Shown one piece after another: positions 25,453 through 36,974 of a stretch of 64,000 nucleotides of DNA. The stretch comes from Guillardia theta CCMP2712 (lineage: Eukaryota > Protista > Cryptophyta). The position numbers were made by a program, and so were the translations under genes. The number at the start of each line of letters is the position of its first letter. Position 1 is the first letter of the stretch. Location of the stretch: the NCBI RefSeq assembly GCF_000315625.1, contig NW_005434555.1, positions 110,225 to 174,224 on the forward strand, in the 5' to 3' direction. The notes under the pieces are model-generated. The model was not told the origin of the DNA. It made no database searches and was given only the letters and a program-made list of their open reading frames with translations.

Positions 25453-28400
25453 TCAGTACACGGTGAACGAAAGGGCTAGATATAACGCGTCGGATTCATA
25501 ATGTACACTAACTCTACTCCACCATCTCCTCTGAATCCTCCGACCACCATCATGTTCCTCGCCCTCACATGGGCCCTGCAGCATCCGTCCCCACCCAAGT
25601 GTGGCTCTTTCGGATCCAGTCGATGAGCTCGAGCTCGGACACGAAGGGCCTGAGCTCGATCGAGTCTTTCCTCGACCCTTTCTTGCTCCTTGCCGACGAG
25701 GCAGCGATCTGGAAGTGGTCTTGAACCGCGTCCTCCCCCCCGTTCTCCTCCCGCGTCTCTCTGGGCGGTAGCTCCTGACCCGCCTGTACATGCTCACTAG
25801 CTCCCTCCTTGGCGGCGTCAGCTCCATTGACGAGGAGGAAGAGCTGCTTCCTGAGAACCTCGTTCTGCCGCTCTAGATGCTTGCAGTAGTCCTGCCAGGG
25901 TTCAGCTGGATAGACCAGTGGGGCACAGTACCTGGAGGGAGGAGAGCTGGCCTTTCAAAATGGACTCCCTGTCTCCGTTGCTGGTATCAGGAGGTTCCGA
26001 TTCCACGTCGGAGCCCGAGGAGTAAGCTAGCACAAGGAGCACGTGAGGATGAACACGGCAGGGAGAGCAGGATGAATGAGCGTGTCGTGGAGGGTGAGGG
26101 GAGGCGAAGGTCTCGGGGGAGGGGGAGGAAGACATCGGTAAGGCATGCTCCTCACCTTCCCTTGCAAAGGTCTTGGCGTTCATGCGGGAGGGAGACATCA
26201 TGGTAGGGTAGATGTTTGATTCAGAGTTGCTCCTCCTCGGCAACGAGCTCGTCACCTTCGCCGCGCCGTTCTCTTCCACCTGCGTACATCTCTGAAACAG
26301 CACGTATAGCTTCCAGCTCTCGAAGGACTTGGCTGTGCTCTGATGCCTCCAGTGCTCCACCACTCGATTGAGGACATTCCACGCGTTGGATATTCGCCTG
26401 CTCTCCTCAATCCATGCCATGAACGCGGCCGAGAGGAGGCGAGAGTTCCAACGTTGCACAGCGTGTTGGACTGCCTTAGTTTGGAACTTGAAGAGCTCAG
26501 AGTGCTCAACCCAGCACTGCCATGCCTTCGCCTGTGACATGAATCGCAGCTTGTTGATCACCTTCCTGCTCACCCGCGCCAGCCTGTTGCTCTCCGCGTC
26601 ACCCTCCCCGCTCGAGCAGCCGATCCGGAAGTGAAAGTCCAACGTGATCTGCTTCGCGTACGTCTTACCACACTTAGGGCATCCGAAGCGCCGACGGAGC
26701 TCGCTCTCATGATGAGGGGACTCCGATGGAGCTTCTGTCAAGGAAGGTTGCCAAAGGTTCGGCATGCGGGAGTGCATGGCGGACGAGACCATGGCCTTGA
26801 AGTTGACGCTCTTCCTGCAATCCATCGAGACCTCTGCTCCGCTGTCGTCGATGCTCTTAAAGCTGTTGCTTGGCGATCGCGCATGAAGGACTGGCATGCT
26901 ACCTCGAAAGAATTCTGAGTTAAGCCAAGGCTTCTTCGGCTGTCTCGAGGCCGTCTCAGGGAACGCCCCGTCCTCCCGCACGCAGTACGTGTGAACGGCC
27001 TCGTTGATCTCTTGCAAGAGCTCGGAGGCATACGTGGTGGCGGCCCCATGTGTAGAGGAGATGATGTCCTCGAGCTGCTTCTTCAGTCTCAGGTCATGCA
27101 TCTTCCTGTGACAGTACTTGCTCGCGCTCAACTTGATCAAGATGTCACAGCAGAGCTTGAGCTCGCTCACTCCATCCGACCCGCTCATGCCCTGCATCTC
27201 CTCGTGCTTTTTCCACTTGGAGACATACTCCACCAGCTCCCCAACGAAGTTGCAGTCGATCCCGACGATGTCCAGGTCAGCGAACGTCATCATATTCTTG
27301 AGCGCAAACAAGACGTCAACCACGGGGAAGCGGTATCCTTCAAAGTCCTGCCCCTCCCACGATGCTCTGAAGATTTTGACAACGATCTCCAAATTCTTCT
27401 TGTTCAGCCAAATCTGCACCTCCTTGGCTTGTATGTTAGCGAGACACATGAGCGCAAGGCCGATGCAAGTGCTGGAAGCTTCAGTGGTGTTCTTGTGCGC
27501 AAACAGCACGTTGACCAGGGCAGGAGGAACTCCGCTGGACCTGAATCCCTCCGATGCCGACGAGAAGCGCGAGATGCAGAAGAGCAGTGCGATGGTCTTT
27601 CGAACAAGTTTCGTGTCGTGTGTGGACACGATGAGTGACGTGATCTTCGATAGCAGGACGCTGTTCCCGAGAATCTCCGAGACTGCAATCTCCTCCCCGA
27701 CTAGCACGATGTTTCTCAACAAGAGAAGAATACACATGGAAAGTCTGTGTGACTCTGGGCTGATTAGCTGGCCGCAAGAGAACAAGAAGTCAGGAAACTC
27801 TAAGATCTCCTGAGTGATGTCCTTCCCGCCCACAGCAAGCAGAGAAAGCAGGAGAGATGCAATTGCCTGACATTCTTCTTTCCTGGTCTTCATGACGTTG
27901 ATCAACCCCGCCAGGAACAACGGCGTCTGAGCGAGCTGCCGAGCAAGATTGTCGTTGGAATCTATAGGAAAGCACCACAGCATGTTGCCAAGGCTTCCAT
28001 GAAGTGCGTACACAGCTCCATCTCCACATCCAACAAAGACCTGATTCTCCCAGGAGAAGATCTGCATTACATGAGATTCCACCTCTGACTTGTAAAAGCA
28101 AAGCGAACTCTCGTCTCCGCTGTGGAGCGAGAAGTTGAAAACATACGATGAGTCGACCAAGCAGAGCTGCATGAAAGACTGGAGGATCGACCGCACCATG
28201 AGATCATCCAACCCCTCCGTGTGTGAATTTCTGCGCCGAAACATATGGTTCTTCACGCTTTCCTTGGTTATGCTCGCAGCAAACGCTTCGAGGGACCTGC
28301 ACTCCGCGGGAACCTCGTGAGAGGTCCTAGTGCTGGAGAAGGAAGACTCCATGTCCAGCTGCTTCCCCTTCACATCTACCTGCCCGATCTGCTTGGCATA

Positions 28401-28835
28401 CATCAGCCTCATATTGTGTACTTGCCGGACCTTTTCTATCTCGTGTATGCCTTTGATTCTTCTCATCGCGTTCTCCAGGCACTCATCCATGACTTGCACA
28501 TTCTCCTTGGACAGCCTCAGGCAGCTATCTCCCACCTCCTCTGTGAATTTGTCGACTTCTTCCTCCAGGTGCGAGATCTCAGTCTCGATCCTGAAGAGCT
28601 CTTCGAGGTTGGCAATGTTGGGGTCTTCGTGGAAACTTTTTCTCTTAGGGAGTCTGTACGGGAGCGCAGGATCAGGATGAACTGCAACATAGGGGGCTCT
28701 CTCTGTCCCCGCCCCTTTCTCTTCATTCTGAGCAGAGCTCTTCCTTGAACTCTTGTTCTGATCGCGCGTTCGGCGCCCATGACCGCTGTCAGTTCTCACT
28801 ACATAGACATCTGGAAAACTATATAGCAGGCTCAT
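25453..28835 (-). CDS. ARM-like helical protein with a short PQQ-like beta segment, a C2H(C) zinc finger and three Sfi1-type repeats; 3' exons approximate
   Basis: 977-aa ORF 25902..28835: VFVGCGDGAVYALHGSLGNMLWCF, an amphipathic ARM-like region, FGCPKCGKTYAKQITLDFHFRIGC, and W-anchored repeats exactly 33 aa apart. Confidence 0.7.
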
Positions 28836-30044
28836 GACGCGCGTTCAGCGTCCTATCCGAGTCGCTGAACTCACGTCAAGTGAAGAATTTGTTCCTTGTC
28901 ATCAGCACGGCATATCGTGAAGAGTCTAGAGGCCAAAGTTAACCTCGTGTGTGGCTGGAACGTTTCAAGCCCTTCCTGCTTGCTTGTCCTCAGAGTCACC
29001 CATCGGTCACAATATGTTATTGATGTTGGAGCAGAGACGTGCTTAGAACCTCCCAGTGATACAAAATGGCGTCTGTCTCCTCCTCCCCCTTGTCTCCTTC
29101 CTCCCCCTTATCCTCGTGTTTGTCTCCGCCAATCGTGGACGGTGACCCTTTGAGTTGTCGTCACTTCAGCACGTCGTTTCCTTCCTCTTTCACTGGGCCA
29201 CCTTGCAGCTTATCTTCTCTTCTCTATGATTCGGTGACTTCTCCTGCCCTTGTCTTGCTCGTTTCTCCTCTTCCTCCTCTCTCCTCGCTCCCCTCTCATG
29301 ATCGCATATCCTGCTTTCTTGTCGATACCACCCCCAACCCCCTTCAAACCCACCCCACCCCAGGTGGATAATAGCTAGATAGAGGGGATATCACCCGACT
29401 CATCACCACCCTACCCCGTCGATCAGTTTCCAGTACTGTGTTGTAAAAGTTGTAGCAGACAAAGGAAAGTTTGACTAAAACTTCATGTGGAGGGGGTGGG
29501 GTCCTTTTGCTCCAAATTGTACCGGAGAGATCTCGAAGATGAGGGGCTCACACGGTGCTGGGGGTATGACCAGGGGAAAAGGGGGGTAGGGAGTCTTTAG
29601 ATACTTTTGTCTACCGGGCCGGGACAGCGAGTCACTGGCCAGCCCGCCGGGAGCGGCGCCGGGCCGCGCCGCCGCGGTTCCGGGTAGGGCCCGGCGCGGC
29701 GGCCGGGCGCGGCCCAACTCAGTAACAGTGGCAGTTTTGGGGACAGCAGTTTCCGGCGGACTCAGGCTCCCGGCCCCGGAGCCTCGGCCTGCCCGGCCGC
29801 AGCCGCCGGGCCAACGGAGCCTGAGTCCGATTCGACTGTTAACTAAATCTAATTGGTAGTACTATCTACCCACTTTATATCCTACCCCCACCTACACATC
29901 TCGCACTATTTGTACCCCCTGAATCTCCCATGCTTCCAAGACCGCACTACCCACCCCGATCTCTGCGATTTTTTAGTACCCACTGTCGCTCCGAGGCTGG
30001 GACATGCTGGGTACCTTGCAGCCACTGAAAGACGTGCCGTCGAT

Positions 30045-32760
30045 ATGGCGGCGAAGGTGGTAGCGGCAGAAGGAGCAATAGCAAGGGAAGAGCTCCAGGT
30101 GGACTGTTTCTGTTGGCTCAGTCTTCGGGTTCAGCGTTGTGAGGGAAGCATTAACCACTATCGGGCCTAGGGAGCAAGGAGTGCGGTTTGGGAAGCATAG
30201 CAAGAGTACAAAAGACCGAGGTCTGGGCGCAGGAAGAAGCAGCACGGGAAGGGATCAGCTAGTAGCATCCTGTTAGGGAACGAAAGGGAGAAGGGCGTTG
30301 AACACCAGACGGAGGTTGCGAAGAGCACCGCTGGATTGTCCATCCGACTAGCGTTTCCACCGCTGCCTTGGTGGTGGACTTCATCCGTACCTACCGTCAG
30401 ATAAATCACCAATGTTTGCATGGATTGCAAATATCCATGAGGCCTTTGACTTCGTGAGCGGCACCAATGACGTCATCGTCATCAAGCACCCCACCGGAGA
30501 GTTGCGATCCTCGCAGTTTTCAGTGCAGACCAATGCTGGTATCATCAAGAGGTGAGAAGAGTGACGTTCGACCCCTGCTGACGCCTTGTGAACGAGAAGA
30601 CACCATCTCGGCCAGTCCGTGCATGTCTATCTCAACGGTCTCCCCACCAACCTGCACATGAAGATCGACAACGAGGGCAGGTTGAGACCATGAAGCTGGC
30701 TACCTGCTGGATACCTTGGCTGAGCAGCTTGCTCAGGTGTGTCTTTCCTGGAGGAGGAACGAAACCTACCGAGGAGGAGATAAATCTTCTTCCTGTGAGG
30801 TAGATACCTGCTCCTCATCGTCCTGGTCCTGGTCCTGGTCCTGTGCCTTGTACTCTTTCTCCTTGCGTAGAGCCTTGGCCACTCGTTGAATTATTTGTTA
30901 CAGAGAAGGTCGCAATTCGCTGGATTTTCGTGTCAGCGGGGTAAGGAAGGGGAGGGGCAGGAGATGAAGGCATAGAAGCACGAGAGAAGGAGGAGAAGAG
31001 GAGGGGAAGACCAACGGGAGGGGCTTTCTTGACGTGTTGGCTGGCCCGCAGGACATTTTGGCGTCAGCTGGACTTTTCTGTTGGAAGAGTACCGACAAGA
31101 TTGTCATTGTTGACATCGATGGGACTATCACGAGGACTGACGTGGGAGGGGTGAGTGCAATAACGATGATGTTGATGGAGATGATTGTGGTGTTGGTGTT
31201 GGTGACGATGAAGATGAAGAGTGAGGAAAAGAAGGTGTAAGCTGTTTGAAAGGTGTTGGCTTCAAGCGAGCTCGGTCAGAGTCTTGGACTTCTTCACTCA
31301 CACGCGGTAAGAGAAGGGGGTGGAGAAAGGGGTCCATGAGAGAGGGGAATGAATCGTCAGCATATGTGAGAGGTTTGGAGCTAAGAGTGAAGGGGAGAGC
31401 AGGAGAGCAGGAGAGCAGGAGAGCAGGAGAGCAGGAGAGCAGGAGAGCAGGAGAGCAGGAGAGCAGGAGAGCAGGAGAGCAGGAGAGGGTCATGAACTTG
31501 TATTACAGGGTGTATGTGAAGTCCTTTCGGGAATTGCGTCCAGCGGGTAATCAAGCCACACTCCAGCTAAAAGGGCACGTATAGTTTCTTACCTCGTCCA
31601 TGGCAGGTATCGGCTGTTGTTTCTCACTGCACGGCCCATCACTAGGGCAGATGCAACCAGAAAGTATCTCAGTCAAATTGGCTCGGTGAGCCTCCTCCCT
31701 CCTCCCTCCTCCCTCCTCCCTCCTCCCTCCTCCCTCCTTCCTCCTCCCTCCTCCCTCCTCCCTCCTCCCTCCTCCCTCCTCCCTCCTCCCTCCTCCCTCC
31801 TCCCTTCTTCCTTCTCCCTGGTCCCCGCTCCATGCATCTGTCTTCCGTCCCTCCTTCGCTCTCCTTCGTCCTCTAGATTTCTTTTCGTACTTGTTCTCTG
31901 ATCCCAGTGCAGGAGGATCAGCTCAGCATGCCACAAGGAGCTCTTGTTACCTCCGCTCTTGGCACTTTCAACACGATGACAGCTGTTTGGAAGGTTCTCG
32001 CCGCTCACCCTGCTTCCTCTCCTGCTATGCTCTCTGCTCTCTTCTCTCTGCTCTCTGCTCTCTGCTTCCTGCATCCCTCCATCTCTTCCTCAAAATGCGC
32101 CTCGAGCTTCTTTCTGTTTCCATGTGTCAGTGACAGAGGATCTTACTCGTTTGCTGTAGGACATCAAGGCATACAAAGTACAGCAGCTAGTGGAGATCCA
32201 GAATCTCTTCGGAGACGCGCTTGAGGAGGTCAGGAGTGAGAGGAAGAGGAAAGGAGTGAAGGATGAAGGGGAGGGTGTGGGGGGGAATAAGAGGATGAGG
32301 GGCAAGTAGAGGGCAGGAAGAGGTTGTTCATTCTCCTCATTTGCGCTGATCAGGGTGAAACCTGCTTTGTCGGTGGATTTGGAAATCATGACTACGATGC
32401 TGCTTCCTACGTGGACGTGGTAAACGAGAGGGGAGGAAGGTGGGGGGGGGGGGGGGGGGGGAAAAGGGAGATAAAGTTGGAAAGGTTGCTCAGGAAGGGG
32501 AGCAAAGAGCAGGGAAGACCTGAGGGAATGACTATTTAGTGGTAAGAGAATACAAGTCAGGGAAGGAGTAGAGTGAGAGGCAGAGCACGAAGAGGACGAG
32601 GATGAGGATGAGAGGGGACTGGAGACTGACGCAAGGTGGACAGGGTTGCCAGAAGGAGCGAGTGTTTATCATCGATGAAGACTCGGTCATTCGTGTAGAA
32701 GGAAGCACAGTCACGTACAACGGATATCCAGCAATGCTTCCGGTCTTGCAAGAGCTGTGA
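30045..32760 (+). CDS. PAH1: Lipin / Pah1-type Mg2+-dependent phosphatidate phosphatase (N-LIP + LNS2/HAD)
   Basis: N-LIP: SGTNDVIVIKHPTGELRSSQFSV and VYLNGLPTNLHMKID. HAD motif: KIVIVDIDGTITRTDV (DxDxT). Also LFLTARP, GGFGNHDYD and VFIID. Stop TGA at 32758-32760. Confidence 0.9.
31395..31810. repeat. Intronic purine/pyrimidine tandem repeats ((GCAGGAGA)n at ~31397-31487; 21-bp CCTCCCTCCTC-type at ~31690-31805)
   Basis: Directly visible inside lipin introns. Confidence 0.85.
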
Positions 32761-33239
32761 GAAACCCCTGGCTCACCACACCCGTTTACCATATACTTTC
32801 CCCCTGTTCCCTCTCGCTCCAGCTCCCTACCTGTTCCCGCTTCCGCTCTCTCTCCTGCTCCTGCTCCTGCTCCTGCTCCTCCTTCTGCCCCCTGAGCATC
32901 CTCTGACTTCGCGGCAGGTTCCCCCCCACCATTCTTCTTCAGAAGCAGAAGCATCAAGGGGTGGCAGTCCCCATCTCTCCCATTGGCGGTGGGGCCTCCA
33001 ATCCCTTCTCCGTGAACAAGATTCCTGGAGCAGCGCTTCTCGGGGAGGTAATAAGCTCCTCTCCCATCTCCTCCCTGCTGTATCGCCTGTCGAGATGGTG
33101 TTCTGCTACAGTCCTCGCCCACGTCCTCCTCCCGCTCTTATCCTCCTTCCCCAACTTCGCTTTGTCCATATCTGATCAATGCCATTTTTCTGTTGCTGGC
33201 CCATCACCCATCGCCTTATGCTCTCCTCCATCGTCGTCA

Positions 33240-35050
33240 CTGAAAACGTTCACAGGGCATCGGGAAAGTCTGGGGAAACGTGACGAGCACCACGAATGAG
33301 TGAGTCACTTCGTGCTGCTGCTGCTGCTGTCCTGCTCCTCCCCACTCCTCTGCTGTCCTGCTCCTTCCTCTCCTGCAGTCCTGCTCCTCCTCATCCTTGT
33401 CTCTGTCCTCCTGAGGCTCTTGCAGCATGACGACGGGGATGGGCAACAGCCTGCAGACCATTCCTGCTGTCCAGTCCTTCTCCAAGGTCCCAGTCCCTGA
33501 GCTCCCCAAGATGCCGAGTATGGTGGTGAGGATGCGCGCGAGCTGCGAGTCCGGAGGCTGAGTCAACTGCAGATTCCTGACCTCCTCTCACGTGGGAAGC
33601 CGCCGGATTACGACGATCCCCTGACACACGGGCTGGTGGATCGAGGAGAGTGAAGGATTAACAGACGACATCTGAACGGAATGCAAACACTGAATGTGCG
33701 CACTCCCTCCTCCTCCTCCTCCTCCTTCCTTGCCTTTTCCATCTTGCTCGTCGCTCCTTGGCCCTCCCAACTCCTCGTCTTCCTCTTCCTCTTCTTGGTC
33801 ATCCTCCGGCTCCCCTTGCTCTCGGGCGACCATCAAACAAGCCGGACTAGCGGCTCGTCGAATCGAAGTCGCTGAGGTAGCGACGACACGTACACCTCGC
33901 CACGACGTTGTCGCTCTGCTTCGGAGGACCGAGCTGTACTGTCACGATGCTCTCTCCTTTTCCCGCTGCCTCTTCTGCTCTTAACATAGTCACTCTCGCG
34001 CCCTCCCCTCGCCTTCTCCGGGGAGCATGGCGGTCTTTGCCGCCTACCCGAACCCTTCGTCACGGCGTCAGCAACAGCCAACGAGAGCAGCTGCAGAAGA
34101 CTGTCGGTCTGCTGCTCCACTCGGAGCCTTTCCTTCACCAACTGCGTGATCTCTTCCTCATAGAGCCCGCGCTCGCAGTTCCGTTGCTCCTCGAGTTGCT
34201 GGACCCCCACCTCGACCACGGCCCCCTCATCACTTTCCCTTCCTACATCGGACAGAGTGCCTCCCCGCTGCGCACTCCCTGATGAGACTATCTTCAGATG
34301 ATCTCGGTCCTCCTTCTTCTCCTCCTCGGCCTCTAGCACCGACGAGTACTCCTTGATCGCGCACTTGATCTCCGCGTCTGTCATGTATGCGAAAGCATCC
34401 AGGAGCCTTCGACTTTGCTCGACCTCCGCGTCCTCCTGCCGTGTGTCGACATTCGACAAGAGAGCATCGCTGCTGCACACAGAGCATGTCATGTCCATTC
34501 GCAGCCGGGATTGCACGATGCCGTCTCACCTGCTCGTCATGCGAGGAGGAGGATAGGGACTCTGGTGCGCTGCTGACTCCCTCGCTCGCTCCGTAGGCAG
34601 TATCACTTCCCTGGGAGAGAGTCAAACATGCCCTCACTCCAGCGCATGAGGAAGCACCAGCCATGATCTTGTCGCTTGTCTCTCCTCCTGATCAGCGGCT
34701 TCGTCGCCTGGAGCAGTTCGTCCTTGACTTGGCCGTCGGAGGTGCTGCACCACAGGACCTCTCCGCTGAACAAGTCTCGGACCATCGCGTTCTCGCCCCT
34801 ACACGTGCAGATGGTCTCAACGAGCACACAAGTACATTATCAAGGAGGCAGTCCAGAGAGGGGGGGGGAGTGCTGACCTGAAGCACAAGAACACTGTCTT
34901 GCCGCGGTAAGAGAAGAAAGTGGGAAGAAGGGCAGAGGATGCTGAGGGCTTGGAGGAGGAAGGGGAGGGGGGAGGTGGGGGAAGGAGGGAGGAGGGAGGA
35001 GGAGGAATCAGTTCCCATCGCATCTCTCGCCATGCGAGATGCGCCGCCAT
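33240..35050 (-). CDS. Hypothetical multi-exon protein, partly coiled-coil
   Basis: Coding-like ORFs 34603..34827, 33833..34516 and 33237..33566 with short introns between them; no recognisable family. Confidence 0.4.
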
Positions 35051-35235
35051 GTCCCCCCGTACCCTCCGACCCTCAACTCGCATTGTGCGCAGCATCAGCC
35101 GTCTGATGGGCCCACTGTCATTCTCCGGTTGACCCGGTTTAAACCGATTTTATTTGGTTTGAACCACCATCGGGTCCGCCTCAGTGCATTCCACCAACTC
35201 GGCATGCTCGGATTTTCGAGTTGATCCAAACGAGA

Positions 35236-36786
35236 ATGCAGGTGGCGGTGGCGGTGGTGATGGTGATGGTGATGGCGGGAGTTGGGGGATCAGAGGAGCA
35301 GGAGGGAGAGAGCTTCAGGATAGCGGAGGGCTGGAAGGGGAGAGGAGGCGGGTTGTCCCAGTTGCAATGGAGCGATGTGGGGTCGGTCGAACAGATCCGC
35401 CGAGGAGGAGGATGGATAAGAGTGACAGCGCGGATGGTGGAGGAAGAAGGAGAGCACTACAGACAGTTCGTCTTCGAGGGAGCTTGCGCGAGCGAGCACC
35501 TCGTGCTGCTTCACAGAGTTTGTGGAACGGACGATGTAGAGATAGTTCGCACTATGAAGCAGTTGCGCTGCAGACATGCGAGTGATCAGGCCAACGTCTC
35601 GGTTCATGTCCCTGCCATGCATCCAGGCACCTACGTCTTCAGGTATTCTCTGCTCGACCGGTTCTTGGCTGGAACCGATATGGACGAGGTACGAAGTGAG
35701 CACAAGCTCTCGTTGACTGCTCCTGCTGCTCCTACTCAATCTAGCACACTCGAGAACCCCGCAACAAGCATGTGCGACCAGCAGGAGGGAATCGACCTCT
35801 CCATCATCTTTGCTGTCAGGAACGACGACCATGGCGGGAACTTCCTCGGCAGGTTTCGCAAGTCGCTGGAGTCCATGGCCAAGTTCCCCTGGTCCTCCTT
35901 TGGGGTGCGCGCGGAGATCGTCGTGTGCGTGTGGGAGGATCCTGCAGGGAAGCCTCTGCTCCTGGACTCACTGGGGAGGAATGGCAGCAGCTTCCTTGGC
36001 ATCGACTACTTCCATGACGCAGGGTTGACCATCAGGCTGATCGAAGTGCCGCACAGCGTCGCCAAGTCGGTTTCCAACCCCTTGAACCTCAGCCTACCGC
36101 AGTACCTCGCCAAGAACGTGGCGATGAGGAGGAGCCACGGGCGTTACGTCCTGATCACCAACGCTGACTGCATCCTGAGCTTCAGTCTCGCCAGTGCCGT
36201 CGTGGACGTCGTGCTGGAGGACGTGCTGGAGGAGAGCGGCGACGGGGAGAGGTTCTACGTAGCCATGCGGGAGGACATGAGCCCTGAGACTAGCAGGGCT
36301 TTGGAGTTTCCCTTCAAAGGAACCATCACCATGCACGAGGGGGAGGCTTTCAACCCCTTCCAGGAGCGCCTGGAAGCCTCTTATGCCGTGCGGGAGTTCA
36401 GCAACGTGTACAGAGAGACTAGTCTCTTCCAGGGGCTCCTCAACGTCGGAGACTTCATGCTTCTCCCTCGGAGAGTCTTGCTCAAGTCCAACGGATACTC
36501 GCAGTTTCACCATCCTTTCGGCTTGGATGCTGAGTACGTGTGCAGACTCTCCCTCCTCCACGGCTACACTGCCACCCTCTTCCCTCCCCCTCTGCTTGTC
36601 TACCATCTTTACCATCCGCACGCATACAACTTCTCCCATCCTTCCTTCCCCTGGCAGCAGGCATGTGAGGCATACGAGGCCGGTCAGGAGCACGAGCTGC
36701 TACATGGCTGGGTGAGGAGTGACTGGGGCCTGGTAACAGAGACCCTGTCCGAGATGTGTATCCTGCCCAATGGGGCTGTAGTCTGA
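35236..36786 (+). CDS. Single-exon GT-A fold (GT2-like) glycosyltransferase with a signal peptide/anchor
   Basis: LSIIFAVRNDDHGGNF, EIVVCVW, AKNVAMRRSHGRYVLITNADCIL (NAD at the DxD position), GDFMLL and YHLYH. Hydrophobic N-terminus MQVAVAVVMVMVMAGVGG. Confidence 0.8.
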   Translation: MQVAVAVVMVMVMAGVGGSEEQEGESFRIAEGWKGRGGGLSQLQWSDVGSVEQIRRGGGWIRVTARMVEEEGEHYRQFVFEGACASEHLVLLHRVCGTDDVEIVRTMKQLRCRHASDQANVSVHVPAMHPGTYVFRYSLLDRFLAGTDMDEVRSEHKLSLTAPAAPTQSSTLENPATSMCDQQEGIDLSIIFAVRNDDHGGNFLGRFRKSLESMAKFPWSSFGVRAEIVVCVWEDPAGKPLLLDSLGRNGSSFLGIDYFHDAGLTIRLIEVPHSVAKSVSNPLNLSLPQYLAKNVAMRRSHGRYVLITNADCILSFSLASAVVDVVLEDVLEESGDGERFYVAMREDMSPETSRALEFPFKGTITMHEGEAFNPFQERLEASYAVREFSNVYRETSLFQGLLNVGDFMLLPRRVLLKSNGYSQFHHPFGLDAEYVCRLSLLHGYTATLFPPPLLVYHLYHPHAYNFSHPSFPWQQACEAYEAGQEHELLHGWVRSDWGLVTETLSEMCILPNGAVV

Positions 36787-36974
36787 CGCCTCTGCTCAAT
36801 CTCCTGAACCGTCGCAGCATACAAGACCACAATGGACAAAGTCTTGCAGGAGGCGAAGGAAGCGAAGTTGACACATTAAACAGCATTTACCTGTCCATAT
36901 CTACACATGTACATCTCAAGAACATTCGAGCAAGGTTTGGGCGTCTTCTCCACATCAGAGTGTACACACCTACC

